A stretch of DNA of 64,000 bases from Octopus bimaculoides (taxonomy: Eukaryota), in contig NC_068999.1 of NCBI RefSeq assembly GCF_001194135.2, forward strand, positions 1,218,250 to 1,282,249, given 5' to 3'. A program made the translations under genes and the position numbers. Positions 41,562 to 54,195 of the stretch are shown in pieces; position 1 is the stretch's first letter, and the number at the start of each line of letters is the position of its first letter. Under the pieces are notes generated by a model, which saw only the letters and a program-made list of their open reading frames with translations, searched no databases and was not told the DNA's origin.

Positions 41562-41744
41562 GTATATTTATATATATATATACATGCATACATGCATAAA
41601 TACATACACACACACATATAGCATACGTGTGTTCGAGACGAGAGATCGTTTGTCATCACGTCCGATGCATTTGTGTTGCCATATGTGTTTATGTCAATCA
41701 TGTCAATGGCATTGTTTGTCTGTATATACAAGTAACTGATGCAA

Positions 41745-41815
41745 GCTTAGCTAATTGGTTAAGAAATCCGCTTCGGAAACATGAAGTGCCAGTTTCGATA
41801 TCCCTGCACGTCAAC
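41745..41815 (+). mobile_element. tRNA-like SINE head (not a functional tRNA)
   Basis: A-box-like TAGCTAATTGG and B-box-like GTTTCGATATCCC; no complete cloverleaf. Confidence 0.4.
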
Positions 41816-42762
41816 TGCAATATATGCATTTTACAGGGTAATCCGCCTGAACTACACCTCATTAGTGATCTTAAGTGGAATGTGTAGATTTTTGGGTAGA
41901 ATACAGGTACCATCTACGTTGGGTGGTCCACCCATGGCATGCACTGTATAAAGCTGATTCTTTCCGAGCATCAAGTGAACGGTAAATATGTCTGTGGAAT
42001 ACTCAGCTAAATACTCTATAATACAATGGATTAGTTTGTTCCTTTCGTTAAATAAATGAAACACTACTCGTCGAAACCGACGAAGTATCACTAATATGTG
42101 TTACTAACGTTAGTGTGAGGAAACCTGTCAGTATTTACGCTTTTACGTGAGAATTTGTGGACGAGTATACCTTTGATCATAGGGTAAATTTGTGTAGGAG
42201 GACGATATATACTAATCAGAGTGTGTGTCTGTGTGCATGTATATTATGTATGTATATATATATTGTACGTGTGAGTGTGAATATATGTATATGTCTGTGT
42301 GTGTGTGTGTGTGTGTGTGCGTGTGTGTGTGTATGTGTGTATGTATGTATTCATATTGTATTTGTATATGCATATTGTGTAGAGAGAAAGTGTGTGCTGC
42401 TGTGCCTGTGTGTGTGTATAGTCAAGTGTGCAAGTGTAAGAATAAATGTAGGTGTGTGTATATCCCTTAGGTCAGGGTATATATTTGTGTGGGAAGAGAT
42501 GACCAGAGATTTATTGTATGTATTTGTGTGTTTGTGAGAGTGTGCGTGTGCTTGTGAATGAGAGAAAGAGAGAAATAGAGAAAGAGAGAGAGTGAGTGAC
42601 AGAGTGAAATAGAAAGAGTAAATAAATGAGTGTTGAGAGAAAGTGTAGATGTGTGTATCCTGACACAGAGTGTCTGTTTACATATGTGTAATCTTAGATC
42701 CAGTGTGTGAGAGTGTGGCTGTGAATGCGTACGTTTGTGTGTTTATGTGAGAGAGAAGTTTC

Positions 42763-42822
<60 letters not shown>

Positions 42823-43335
42823 GAGTGTGTGTTATGCGTTGTGTGGGACTTGGGAAATAGAATTGGAAATTTAAAGGTAGGTTTTACTGCTGATGTGATG
42901 CATATGCAGTATATCAAAGTGGTTGGCGTTAATAGAGGAGTTGGGTGCCAAAGACGGGTGCAGGTTGGTCGGTGTGGAATAAACGTATATAAAATTCTTT
43001 GAAAAATCCATCTTTCTATAATCAGGAGCTGAAGCAGAAAGTGAAGGTTTGTGGACAAATATACAGTTTCTCCGCAAGAGACAGACAACTGGCACTTGAG
43101 ATGACAGCTATTCAAGAGAACATGAAGAAACGGAGAGAGATAGGGAGAGAGAGAGGGGTGGAGATTGAGATTGAGAGATGTAAGTGTGAGAGGAAGAAGG
43201 TAGAAGAGGAAGACGAGAAAGTGAGGATGTGGTTTCGATAAATGAGAGTAATCCTTGGGATATGATAGGAGGAAAATGAAATAACTGATAAATAACGATG
43301 ATAATAATAATAATAATAATAATAANNNNNNNNNN

Positions 43336-43438
43336 AAGAAGAAGAAGAAGAAGAAGAAGAAGAAGAAGAAGAAGAAGAAGAAGAAGAAGAAGAAGAAGAA
43401 GAAGAAGAAGAAGAAGAAGAAGAAGAAGAAGAAGAAGA
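43336..43438. repeat. (AAG)n microsatellite
   Basis: Directly visible. Confidence 0.95.
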
Positions 43439-43534
43439 ATTTCTTTATTTTCGCATCTGGGTGAAATGTGCGGGAAACAATACAGAGACATGAAGTGGAG
43501 AGGTTTACATATAATGAAATGACAAAAAAATGTA

Positions 43535-44490
43535 TATATTTATTTACAGAAATTATACCCAGTATACAATAAGGTAAAGAAGGGAGAATCCATCTTTTGC
43601 AACATTAAAAAGAAAGAAGGGCAAAAATGTGAGGTATGATTGTGAAGCCTTCCTAATACAGGACGACCCCTAAGGATAATCGAGGAACACCACTCTCCAA
43701 GATTTCCCTAAACACAAACGGCCAGTGCCCTCTCCAATTCCTGTTCTCCGACTCACAGGTCTTAACTTAGTGCGGTAACATCCATTCTTGCCATTTTCAC
43801 AACTTTCACCAATATTTCAATAAATTTACTCGAGGACAGGACCATTCTCTCCGCCCTCACTTTCCTTTGCAAGTGAAACTTGAAAGTGTCTTTGAGGGTT
43901 CCACCAAAGCGGGTTGTCACTGTCCGCATTCTTTTCAACCTCGTCCGTCAAAGTCTTTCGCCACAGCCACGAGGTAAAGGAGAACCATCCTGAATCTCCG
44001 ATTAAAGGATAGCGAAGGGAGAATCATGACTATGGACTCAGCCGACAGACATTTCCGTCACACCTGCAACAATAGCTGCTTCACATATCTCACCTAGTCA
44101 GCAATGCCAAGACACTGAAGGAGTCTGTTCAGAATGGTTTCATTGTTCTGCGTGCAACTCATACAAACCCGTCTGACTGGACATCAGTACCTATAGAGTT
44201 TATCTCGAGCTAGTAGCATCCATTGGTAGAACGGCCAAACTAAAGACATCTAAAAATTATCCATAGTAGCCGCCTGACCATTGGAACGTGTCCATCTCAC
44301 AAGACATTAATTAAAAGATGATCCAACATGGTCATGCAGTAGCCTGGGAAGGGGACGACTGTCAATCGGTACATGATGACGAAGAGCGATGTAGGCATTC
44401 GCTACCGCTGCCAGATCTGTCAGGGACATCTTCCTATCAGCCCACATCTGAGTGAAACTGGTTAACTTGTTCGTCGCATTGTGCAAAATA
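43535..44490 (-). mobile_element. L1/Tx1-type LINE 3' portion: ORF2 post-RT segment, zinc-finger C-terminus and 3' UTR, internally deleted
   Basis: NKLTSFTQMWADRKMSL...VANAYIA/VIMYRLTVVPFP...MVRR, then SLVW..YQ..L..RDKLYRY*CPV..CMSCTQNNETILN.LLQC...LSAESI...YLVAVAK / FKFHLQRKVRAER..SKFIE*. LTVVPFP is shared with the 4.8-kb fragment; AATAAA lies near 43540 on the minus strand. Confidence 0.85.
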
Positions 44491-44684
44491 ATAATAATAA
44501 TGATAATAATAACAATAATAATAATTAAAACAACAACAACAGCAATAATAATTGTAATGATGACGGTCAAGACGACGACGGTGATGATGATGACAACCAT
44601 CATGATGAAATAGCAGCAGGAGCAGAAAATGAGGGAGAAAAGTAGAAGGAGGCGGATGTGAAGGATGAGGAGGAGGAGAACCAC

Positions 44685-44755
44685 GAAGAAGAAGAAGAAG
44701 AAGAAGAAGAAGAAGAAGAAGAAGAAGAAGAAGAAGAAGAAGAAGAAGAAGAAGG

Positions 44756-44805
<50 letters not shown>
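44685..44805. repeat. (AAG)n then (ATG)n
   Basis: Directly visible. Confidence 0.95.
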
Positions 44806-44807
<2 letters not shown>

Positions 44808-45981
44808 GAAGAAGAGGAAGTGGAATTGTAAGTATGGTGTAAGTACGTTGTTCTATGAACCCCACGCTGATCAAACAAAAGGAAAGAGAAGTTATTCGTT
44901 CATCCAAAGAGAAATTTGCAGAGAATTTTCAACGCCTGACAACTTCTGATCATCTCTAACACTTACACAATCACAGCTAAACAGATTCATACGCATGTGC
45001 GTTATGCGTAGTTGAAAGTGTGTGAGTGGTTGCGCGAAAGTGTATCCGCGCGAGCGTGTTTGAGCGCATCTTTCTCTAACCGTCCATGAAATATCAATAT
45101 ATGTTTGAAAGTATGTACGTACGCATGTACGTTTGTGTGTGCATGTATGAATATATATATAGATATATATATATNNNNNNNNNNNNNNNNNNNNNNNNNN
45201 NNNNNNNNNNNNNNNNNNNNNNNNNNNNNNNNNNNNNNNNNNNNNNNNNNNNNNNNNNNNNNNNNNNNNNNNNNNNNNNNNNNNNNNNNNNNNNNNNNNN
45301 NNNNNNNNNNNNNNNNNNNNNNNNNNNNNNNNNNNNNNNNNNNNNNNNNNNNNNNNNNNNNNNNNNNNNNNNNNNNNNNNNNNNNNNNNNNNNNNNNNNN
45401 NNNNNNNNNNNNNNNNNNNNNNNNNNNNNNNNNNNNNNNNNNNNNNNNNNNNNNNNNNNNNNNNNNNNNNNNNNNNNNNNNNNNNNNNNNNNNNNNNNNN
45501 NNNNNNNNNNNNNNNNNNNNNNNNNNNNNNNNNNNNNNNNNNNNNNNNNNNNNNNNNNNNNNNNNNNNNNNNNNNNNNNNNNNNNNNNNNNATATATATA
45601 TATATGTATGTAGGTAGGTATGTATTATTATTATTATTATATATATACACACATACATATGTATGTAGATGCGGTGATAAGTGAGTTGATGGAAAAGTGT
45701 GCGTGTGGCGAGGAGGTGCGTCCGTACGTCCGTGCGCGTTTGTGTGTGCGTGTTTCCATACGGATTTATAAAGACACCGGGTTCTGAAGGGTTTATCGAA
45801 TAAATATTATTTGCTTCACTTCACAAACACTTGATCGTGATAATGCTTGCTTCGCCTAGCATCACCCAACTGCATTGGCGTAAAAACATGCAGCGCTGCT
45901 GGGCTTCACGTTCATGCCGTCATTTCTTCTACAACGGTCGAGCCTTCAACAAATCTGAATATTAGCAATTCTTCTGTGATG

Positions 45982-46027
<46 letters not shown>

Positions 46028-46096
46028 CATACATATACATATATATATGTAAGTATAAACATATACAAGCATGTATATATGTATATGTGCCTTTAT

Positions 46097-46136
<40 letters not shown>

Positions 46137-46227
46137 CATCCATATATACTTCCGAACACACGAATACATATAGACATAGACACGTATTCTCTACAACTCT
46201 CATATTTTCTCTTCAACTATATATGTA

Positions 46228-46470
46228 CGTGGTCTGCTCAATGCGTATCCGGACTGTTGCCATAGTAACGAAGCTATTGTATGCAGAGTGAAGCCGATTG
46301 CCGCATATTACGCATACACACTGCCGTGTATGCGCACAAAGTTTTAATGTTCTAGCTCACTTCTGCTGTTTGTAGCAGTGCTTGGAATGAAGGTATCTGG
46401 CGTGTGATCATCGCAGTGACCATGACAGAGAAACTTGAGCGGAGGATCTGCATCAAATTTTGCGATACCT
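46228..46470 (+). mobile_element. Mariner-like DNA transposon 5' end with transposase N-terminus
   Basis: TA dinucleotide then TIR-like CGTGGTCTGCTCAATGCGTATCCGGAC; ATG at 46422 gives MTEKLERRICIKFC, like the mariner N-terminal EQR.CIKFC motif; no 3' TIR was seen. Confidence 0.65.
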
Positions 46471-47100
46471 GCCCAGTTAAATATTGGAATATATCTAATA
46501 CGTGTTTAATAGAGAATGTGTTGACCAAATTGAACATAACTAGTTTTGAAAAAATCAGTAATTAGAAAAGTCTTTGTATCCGAACGATTCTGCAAATCGA
46601 TACTGTAAATCGATACTGTAACTGTATATGCACATATTCTTACGATGCTCTACGTCAGCTAAAATTCATTGGTCCAAATCTTATATTTGACACTTTCAGT
46701 GTTTTGTGGTTTTTATTCACGTCATTGAATCACAGTTTTCAAATAATTTAATATTCAGTTGATAAAAAAAATCTATGTCAAACGAATGGTTTTTGATTTC
46801 ATATTGACAGTATTTGCGTTAGGTTCGTTAAATATTAAAATGTTCGATTCCTAAATTTTCTTCGATGCAACAAGTTGGTATGCTTAATGGTAAAACTTTC
46901 AATTTGCAAAATCGTTTAATATATTTGTGTGTGTATGTGTGTGTGTGTGCGCGCGCGCTCATTTGAAAGTCTATAAGCATTACTTAATACAATTTCTGCA
47001 GTGTAAAGATGAGTTTCAAAAGTTTTTTTTTTGTTAATTTTATGAAAAGGCTTATGAGGATGTTAGTAAGTTTTTTTTAGTGTGCTTTTGTTAAACCTTT

Positions 47101-47156
<56 letters not shown>

Positions 47157-47649
47157 CTGTCTAATCATGTGACCTTCTGTTCGATAATGATGTCATGTGT
47201 ATTCAAGAACACCCACCCCGCTCTACACTTCAACACCATACACACCAAATATGCTTCTATTAATTCTAACACGTGACTGGATACTAAGTTTTATATTTAT
47301 TTCCTTTTCTCTCTATAGGAGTATAGCATTTCCTCAAAAATCTCCACTCATGTTTTCATTGTTTTTGTTTACCTTTTCTCCTTTTAACAATTTTTTCAAT
47401 GAAATCTTACCTTTCTTAGTTTACCAATTTTTAAACCTGTTTTATCAAAATTTCCTTGGACCTTGTTATCTTTGCTAATTGTATATTTTCTTATATTTGT
47501 GTTCCTCCATTTTTGAATTTTCATTTAATCAGTCCCTCAGTACATTACGAAGTTAAATTGTTCTAAATATTGGTTTCGTCTATTATTGAATTAAAGAAAT
47601 TAACGTATTTACATTTGTACCGATAGACTTTCGGTTCAAATCTAAGCTT

Positions 47650-47895
47650 TATTTCCTCTTTCAGCATCAATGTGCATATTGGTTTCAAATTTTCACACAA
47701 GGTCAGTGAATTCAGGTGTGAGGTGGAGCTGTAGGTAAGTCGATTAAATTGACCGCAGTGTTCAGGTGGTACTTAGCTTATCGATCCGCGAAATGATTAA
47801 AAAACAATGTCGACTTCGGCGAAATTTGAACTCAGAACATAAAGACGGACGAAATGCCGCTAAGGTGGGCTAACGATTCGGCCAGATCGCTCTCT
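47650..47895 (-). mobile_element. tRNA-derived SINE
   Basis: GTCGACTTCGGCGAAATTTGAACTCAGAACATAAAGACGGACGAAATGCCGCTAAG is the reverse complement of the 39080 family head. Confidence 0.85.
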
Positions 47896-48686
47896 TAGCA
47901 GCAATGAATATTATTAGCAGTGTACACAATTTTACGAATATGACCCATTATATAATAAACGTTCTCCACATAGTGCTCACTGAAATAATACATTTTTATC
48001 AGCTGTAATAGTTTACACTCGCATGTGTGGCCAGTAAAGATTTGTTCATTTGTGACGTGATTGTTATTTGAAGATTTGAAGTTTTGAAAGAAATTCTGGT
48101 GATAGGAAATTCTAATGAATGATCTTTATCGCAAAACCATTATTTCAGCGACAGAAATCAATGACGATCTTGTTTCTTAGAGCTGTCTTCAATTTCTCAA
48201 TAATTCTCTCGCAGACGCTGGCACGGCCGTGTGGTTCAGAAGAGGCGTCGGAATTACGTCGCTTGTGATTCCATCTCGTTGCATGGCAGTGACGTAAAGC
48301 ATCACGAGTGACATTCGTATGGGAGAATTCTATGGAAACATGTAGAATTGTCAGATGAAATTTGTAGGCATGAGAAAACAATATAATCTCAGGTATCAAG
48401 ATTTTCTCCTGAGATAACATACCATTAACAAACAGTCATTCTTTCGAAAATCAAGAGAATGGATGTGCACACATGTTCATGCATCAATATGCTTAACAGA
48501 AGTTGAGCTAATTTGATTACAGTCACGGAATATACAAAAAGCGTACGTAATAGTCATAGTATACGGTAATCTTGCAGAATTTGCATATTTAAATATCTGT
48601 GTAGGTATGTCTCTGTATGCATGTATGTATGTATGTGTTGTGTGTGGGGATGTGCGAGTGTGTGTGCGTGTGTGTGCGAGTGTGTC

Positions 48687-48717
<31 letters not shown>

Positions 48718-48799
48718 TAAATATATTATCTAACCAGACCTTATAAAAGATACTACGTATTTCCACATTCGAGGTGCAACACACCTCCCAGACAACATC

Positions 48800-49600
48800 A
48801 GTGCAGGAAATATCAGTGCATTGAACCTACCGTGCTCGTTCTAAACATCATGGAGAAGTACAAGCTCAGACGCACCTCCTGCTGCCGAAGCCGTTTACAA
48901 CAACTTTATAACCACACATCACCTCCTGCTCCGAATACCAAGCTTCCAGAAATAGGTGGGCAATCACACCGCCAGTTTAATTATAACAACGCTCCAATTA
49001 TTCTTCAACATATACTCCTGAAACAACTTTTACAATCAAAGAAACGAGTGGGCGTAGTTCTAACACGAAACAGAGTGAAGACTTAGAAATGTCATAAGCA
49101 CAGCAAATGCCAACATTCACTTTGCAGAAAACACTTCAAGAAGAAGCACTGGTATATTGATGCAAAAACATAAACTGCAATGTGACGTAGCAATGAAATA
49201 CAATTATATATTAGAAATAGCTAAATTGATAAATTCCAAGGTCGACCTCAAATGCACTATGATAAATAGAAGATAGAAGAAAATAATCAAATAGAAAAAG
49301 ACTGAATAACTGGAAAACTTTTCTTTCCAATGTTATCCAGGAAACAAACAAACTGCAACACTTTATAGTGTTATAGCCTGGTAATCAGAAATAACAACGG
49401 CACTCACTCTATTTCGTGGGGCACAAGAGCAATTACATGTAGTAAACATTTACTGCAATACACAGAAAACGACTTTATCAATCATTTCTAAGGAAGGAGG
49501 AAGAAAAAAGAAAGTGGTGGAGTATCACAGATGAAAGACCAAATAATACAGGAACATAAAACGGAAAATAAACACTTTCTACGTAGATAAAACTTAAGGC
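48800..49600 (+). mobile_element. Possible very decayed LINE (CCHC knuckle-like and endonuclease-like traces)
   Basis: A/C-rich strand bias; fragments KCQH/HFAEN...QKHKLQCD and LHVVNIYC; many stops. Confidence 0.25.
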
Positions 49601-49799
49601 ATTAACAATAAATGCAGAGGACCAGTAATTCCCCGTTCAAGCTGGTTCTAGTACAAACATATCTGGTGTGGTCACGACTAGATTCGCAGATATTTAGGGA
49701 AGTCAATTCTGCTGATGGAGATAACGATGTACTTTGATAAAGAAGAAACTGGAGAAGTTAGTGACGGTGTTCAGATGTATAACAATGATGGGGAAAGAT

Positions 49800-50215
49800 T
49801 CATAACGGTGGTTTTGGTGATGATGATGATGATGGTGATGATGATGAAGGTAACGGCGACGGTAACGACGTGTACAATGTTGATATCTCGATAATGATGA
49901 GAATAGTAGATTATGATGGCTGATGATTTCAGTGATGACGACGATGTTTGTGTTGATGAAGGCGAACTCTGCAGAAGACAAAGACGAAGAAGATGGCGAC
50001 CACGATGGAAACCATATTTCATATTCATGTCGTAATTAACGATAATGTTAGTAATGAGTATGGTGATGATGATGACGAGGGTGACGATTATCATATCGAT
50101 GATGATGATGATGATGTTGATGATGATGATGATGATGATGACGATGATGATGATGATGATGAAGATGAAGATGATATTGGTGATTGTGGTGATGGTGCTA
50201 GCCGTGACGATTGAC
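49800..50215. repeat. Degenerate (GAT/GAC/GGT)n low-complexity region
   Basis: Directly visible; poly-D/M/H ORFs. Confidence 0.9.
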
Positions 50216-50527
50216 AAAAGAATATCATTTATTTCTTTCCAGACGAATGTCGACAATTCAGTGATATTGCAGTTTGATCTTATCATTAATTAAAGTTAAT
50301 CGATTAATGATTAATAATTATGGAATAACAAAGATTCAAGTCACACAGAACAATTATTTATTGAGAGAAGTGGGCGTTCTTCAGATAAGATTTCAAGAAA
50401 ATGTTTCAAAACAGTCAAAATAAATTTATATTTGTTATGTCTGCATTTTATATGAATGGTTATGATTTACTGCATTTGTTCAGATACATACACACACGCA
50501 CACACATACATACATACATACATACAT

Positions 50528-50637
<110 letters not shown>

Positions 50638-50810
50638 ATATATACATATACATATAAATTAATGTATATATGTGTATATATACAGATATATATGTTTGTG
50701 TGCACACTCACACTTTTAAGCCTATTAATGCTCTCAAGCACATACACACACACACACGCGCGTTTACATATATTTGCATATTATATAAATGTTTACTGAT
50801 TGGTAAACTT

Positions 50811-50841
<31 letters not shown>

Positions 50842-50896
50842 ATGTGTGTGTGTGTGTGTGTGTGTTTCTTTGTGAGTGTATGTATACATGTTTGTA

Positions 50897-50929
<33 letters not shown>

Positions 50930-51369
50930 GTATTCTAGCACGCATCATATTTCCCGGCCTTCATTGTTGTTGCTTGCTGCAAAACCAACATTACCGAGTC
51001 AATGTTGAATCGGACGGAATTATTGCGGCACTGCGTTTTGATTTGGTAGAACTTTACCCTAGAATAAGGCAACACTAGGCTCTAACTGAATTCACCGGAG
51101 AAATATCGGTGCATGGCTTATACAATATCTCTATGGTAGAAAAAACCAGAAGAGTAACTCTGATTCAGCTACCATCTTATTTAGGATCGATACACCTGAC
51201 ACTTACCTTACTATCTTGGAGGATATTATTAAAGGTGCAGACATTTTGATTGGAGCTCAATACACACGCATGCAATTTAGTTAACAAGACATAACTTATC
51301 GCCAGCATCACTAACACCACCATCAACAGCAACAACAAAACCGACATCTCCTCATCATCACACCCATTA

Positions 51370-51371
51370 CA

Positions 51372-51414
<43 letters not shown>

Positions 51415-51438
51415 ATATTTCTGATGCCACTGCTGCTG

Positions 51439-51498
<60 letters not shown>

Positions 51499-51555
51499 TT
51501 TTTGCTACTACTACTACTGCTTCTACTATTAATTTTACTAATACTTTTACTACTT
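51370..51555. repeat. (ACT)n arrays
   Basis: Directly visible; poly-L ORF. Confidence 0.95.
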
Positions 51556-51569
51556 TACTACTGGTTTCT

Positions 51570-51717
51570 ACAGTTTCTTCGTACCAAATCCGTTTGCAAG
51601 ATTAGTTGGCCCGGGGTTATAGTACAAGACACTTGCTCGAGGTACCGCACATTAGAACTGAACTGAAAACATGGTTGCAAAGCGTAGGTCTTCACCATAC
51701 AACCATGCCAGCGCCTT
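51570..51717 (-). mobile_element. tRNA-derived SINE (second family)
   Basis: Minus strand GGCGCTGGCATGGTTGTATGGTGAAG...TTCAGTTC...GTACCTCGAGCAAGTGTCTTGTACTATAACCCCGGGCC...GGATTTGGTA. Confidence 0.7.
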
Positions 51718-52387
51718 GGGAAAATCTTATCGGTGCTATAAGGAAATGCTTTGCGTCCGTTACTGCGTAAATGAATTGGTGCGGAGAGAGGCAGTATTAT
51801 TCAAAAAGTATATTTTCTTAGATCGAATTGAGATCAAAACTACTTCACATAATTTAAAATTATAATTTGCTTGTTCCTATTCATCTTCCGAAACCAATAA
51901 ATTATTCCTCGATTTTCCACCTACCTGCTTACAGTCATATATATACGAAAACAAATCGTCTAGACTATTTCAAAATTCAGCCCTCCTGCATGGAACAGAG
52001 TCTCTCAAAAGTCTCCTGTACTCTAGTACCTTCGCTACATTGTTCGTAGTCAAAACACCGTTCGATTTAACCCGATTGAGATTTTCAATATTATATGCCT
52101 GCAGCTTAAAAAAAAGTCTTATTTCAATACAACTTTGACAACCTGCTGTTTCTGCTGTAAACTACTTTTTATTTTTCCTTCCATTTTTTTTTTCAACACA
52201 AAAGCCAGTATTCAATATAATTTGTTTCACTAATTTTTTCATTTTATTTTATTTTAATTGTGTTTTCATTTTTATATCTTTTTTTTCCGTTGTGGGAGTT
52301 CTTTTTTATTTTTTAATATTTCCCATGGATATTCATCCGCATCACAATAAAATCTCTCTTTTTGTTAATTTCTTTGTACCTCTTCCA

Positions 52388-52406
52388 TTATTATTATTAT
52401 TATTAC

Positions 52407-52469
<63 letters not shown>
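52388..52469. repeat. (ATT)n microsatellite
   Basis: Directly visible. Confidence 0.95.
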
Positions 52470-52470
<1 letters not shown>

Positions 52471-53029
52471 TCTTTCTTTATTTATTTATTCATTTATCTC
52501 GTTGTTGTTCTTTACTAGGGAAAATTTATATATATTTAGACTTATTACTGCAATGGCTGTGCAGCATTCGAAGACTTGTGTTATCTATATCATATATAAT
52601 TTTTGACGTGCGGAATCGGTTGCCCATGCAAGGAAACTCTTATTTGTCCGCAGAATAAACGTTGACATCGGCTGCGTTGTGTAGCAAATACTTAAATATA
52701 ATGATAGCACCTGACCTGCTGCTTAACACATTTTTGCAAGAACAATGACAATAACCAAAGTCATTTGCACCAAAGCTGGTGCAAAAAATATCCTTGAAAC
52801 TAACTCCCTTCATTCTAGAAATGGAGGACTTATCTGTTATCTGTTTTTTTTTTCTCTATATTACATAGCTGGAAGAAAAACAGAGACAGAATGGTCAAAC
52901 AAAAAACACCTTTCGTTATTTCTCTTTTTAAGCTTGTTTTACTCGGGGCTAAATAAAAACGACAGTAACGACGAAGTAGTCTTTATAGTAGGTTCTATTT
53001 ATGAGAGACAATTTTTCTCTGGGATCTAT

Positions 53030-53110
53030 AGATGCTCTCGATCGAGGAATCGAACCAACGGCGTTATGAATGTAAGCCCGATACTCTAAATACGAAATCA
53101 CACGTCTTTT
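53030..53110 (-). mobile_element. Degraded tRNA-like SINE head
   Basis: Plus strand GAGGAATCGAACC is the reverse complement of a B-box (GGTTCGATTCC). Confidence 0.4.
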
Positions 53111-53587
53111 ACATAGGAAGATAATATCATAGATAGTTAATGTTTTCGATTTCTTTACATAGTTAAGATTGTTTCAAAGTTGTAATGGAGGCACGATTCC
53201 TTGAAGACAACCTCAATAACTTAAACACCATAGTTGTGTTTGAAGTGCGAAGAGAAGTGAAGTAGTCTTTTCTCGTGGATAATTATACGAAGCTTTTCCT
53301 TGAACGACTTTTCTTCTTGCTGTGAATATAAATAGGATAGATCAATAGGATAGATAGAAGAGGTGTCAAGAATAGAGTTTTCGAAACTGTTCTCTGTTGC
53401 GACAGCGTCTTCGTTTCGACACATGTAGACTTTACACCAACTCAAGAATCAAACGCTTCAGAAGGTAACATTTGAGATCAAATTATAAACTTCTTCCCTC
53501 TCCAACTGTAAGTACAATAGAGAAAGCTTTCACCAACAATGGGTTGCTAAGATGAATCACGCGTCTGCTAATTCTCCGTTTTATGTT

Positions 53588-53770
53588 GCCTGTGTAGCTG
53601 CCGTACGCAAGCTGACAGAATTGTTATCACTTTCGATAAAATGCTTAGAAGCACTTCTTCCGATTATTTACGTTCTGCGTTCAAATCGCGCCAGTTTCAA
53701 CTTTATCTCTCTAATATCTCTCCGCAGTCGATAAAATAATGTACCAATCAACTATGGGTACGCTAATCGA
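53588..53770 (+). mobile_element. Diverged SINE
   Basis: GCTGACAGAATTGTTATCAC...AAATGCTTAG...TACGTTCTGCGTTCAAATCGCGCC follows the 39080 copy. Confidence 0.65.
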
Positions 53771-54103
53771 TTTGTCCATTTCCCTAAAAACTGGTGACCT
53801 GGAACCCTGCAACGGACCATACAGGATGACTGAAAGGCGAGAGTTCTTAAGTTACTGAGTGAAGGAGAAATTCTGTGGGTATCAGGTTCCATTTATTGCT
53901 AACTGATTTTAAGTTCGATTTCAGTACGGTCCTTATGGGTTCAGTGTGTATCATGTCAACTATAGCTTCTGAACCTAAAATCTTTGAATTTCGTAAATGT
54001 TTACAAAATGAGAAAAACACCATAAATTTGGTTGGGGAGGAACATCCGATTATAATGAACGCAGTGATTGACTGGAACTTTATTTCTCTGACATGAAATG
54101 CAA

Positions 54104-54195
54104 AACTGACAGTGGTGGAAGGTGAACTCAGAGCAAAAAGAACCGGAAAAAATATCTCAAGGTATTTCGTCCGGTATTCTCTACATTCTGTCCAT
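54104..54195 (-). mobile_element. Diverged SINE head
   Basis: GGTGGAAGGTGAACTCAGAGC...AAGGTATTTCGTCCGG...CATTCTGTC follows the minus-strand pattern at 47810-47880. Confidence 0.55.

Noticed and set aside
41745-41815. tRNA gene
   Set aside because: A/B-box-like motifs only; stems do not close into a cloverleaf, so it is treated as a SINE head.
42999-43241. 80-aa ORF between GA/GT repeats
   Set aside because: TTG start, second half from GA repeats, no homology recognised.
52764-52785. 9-bp hairpin TTTGCACCA-AAGC-TGGTGCAAA and 14-bp palindrome at 5968-5981
   Set aside because: Short enough to arise by chance in 64 kb; no supporting context.
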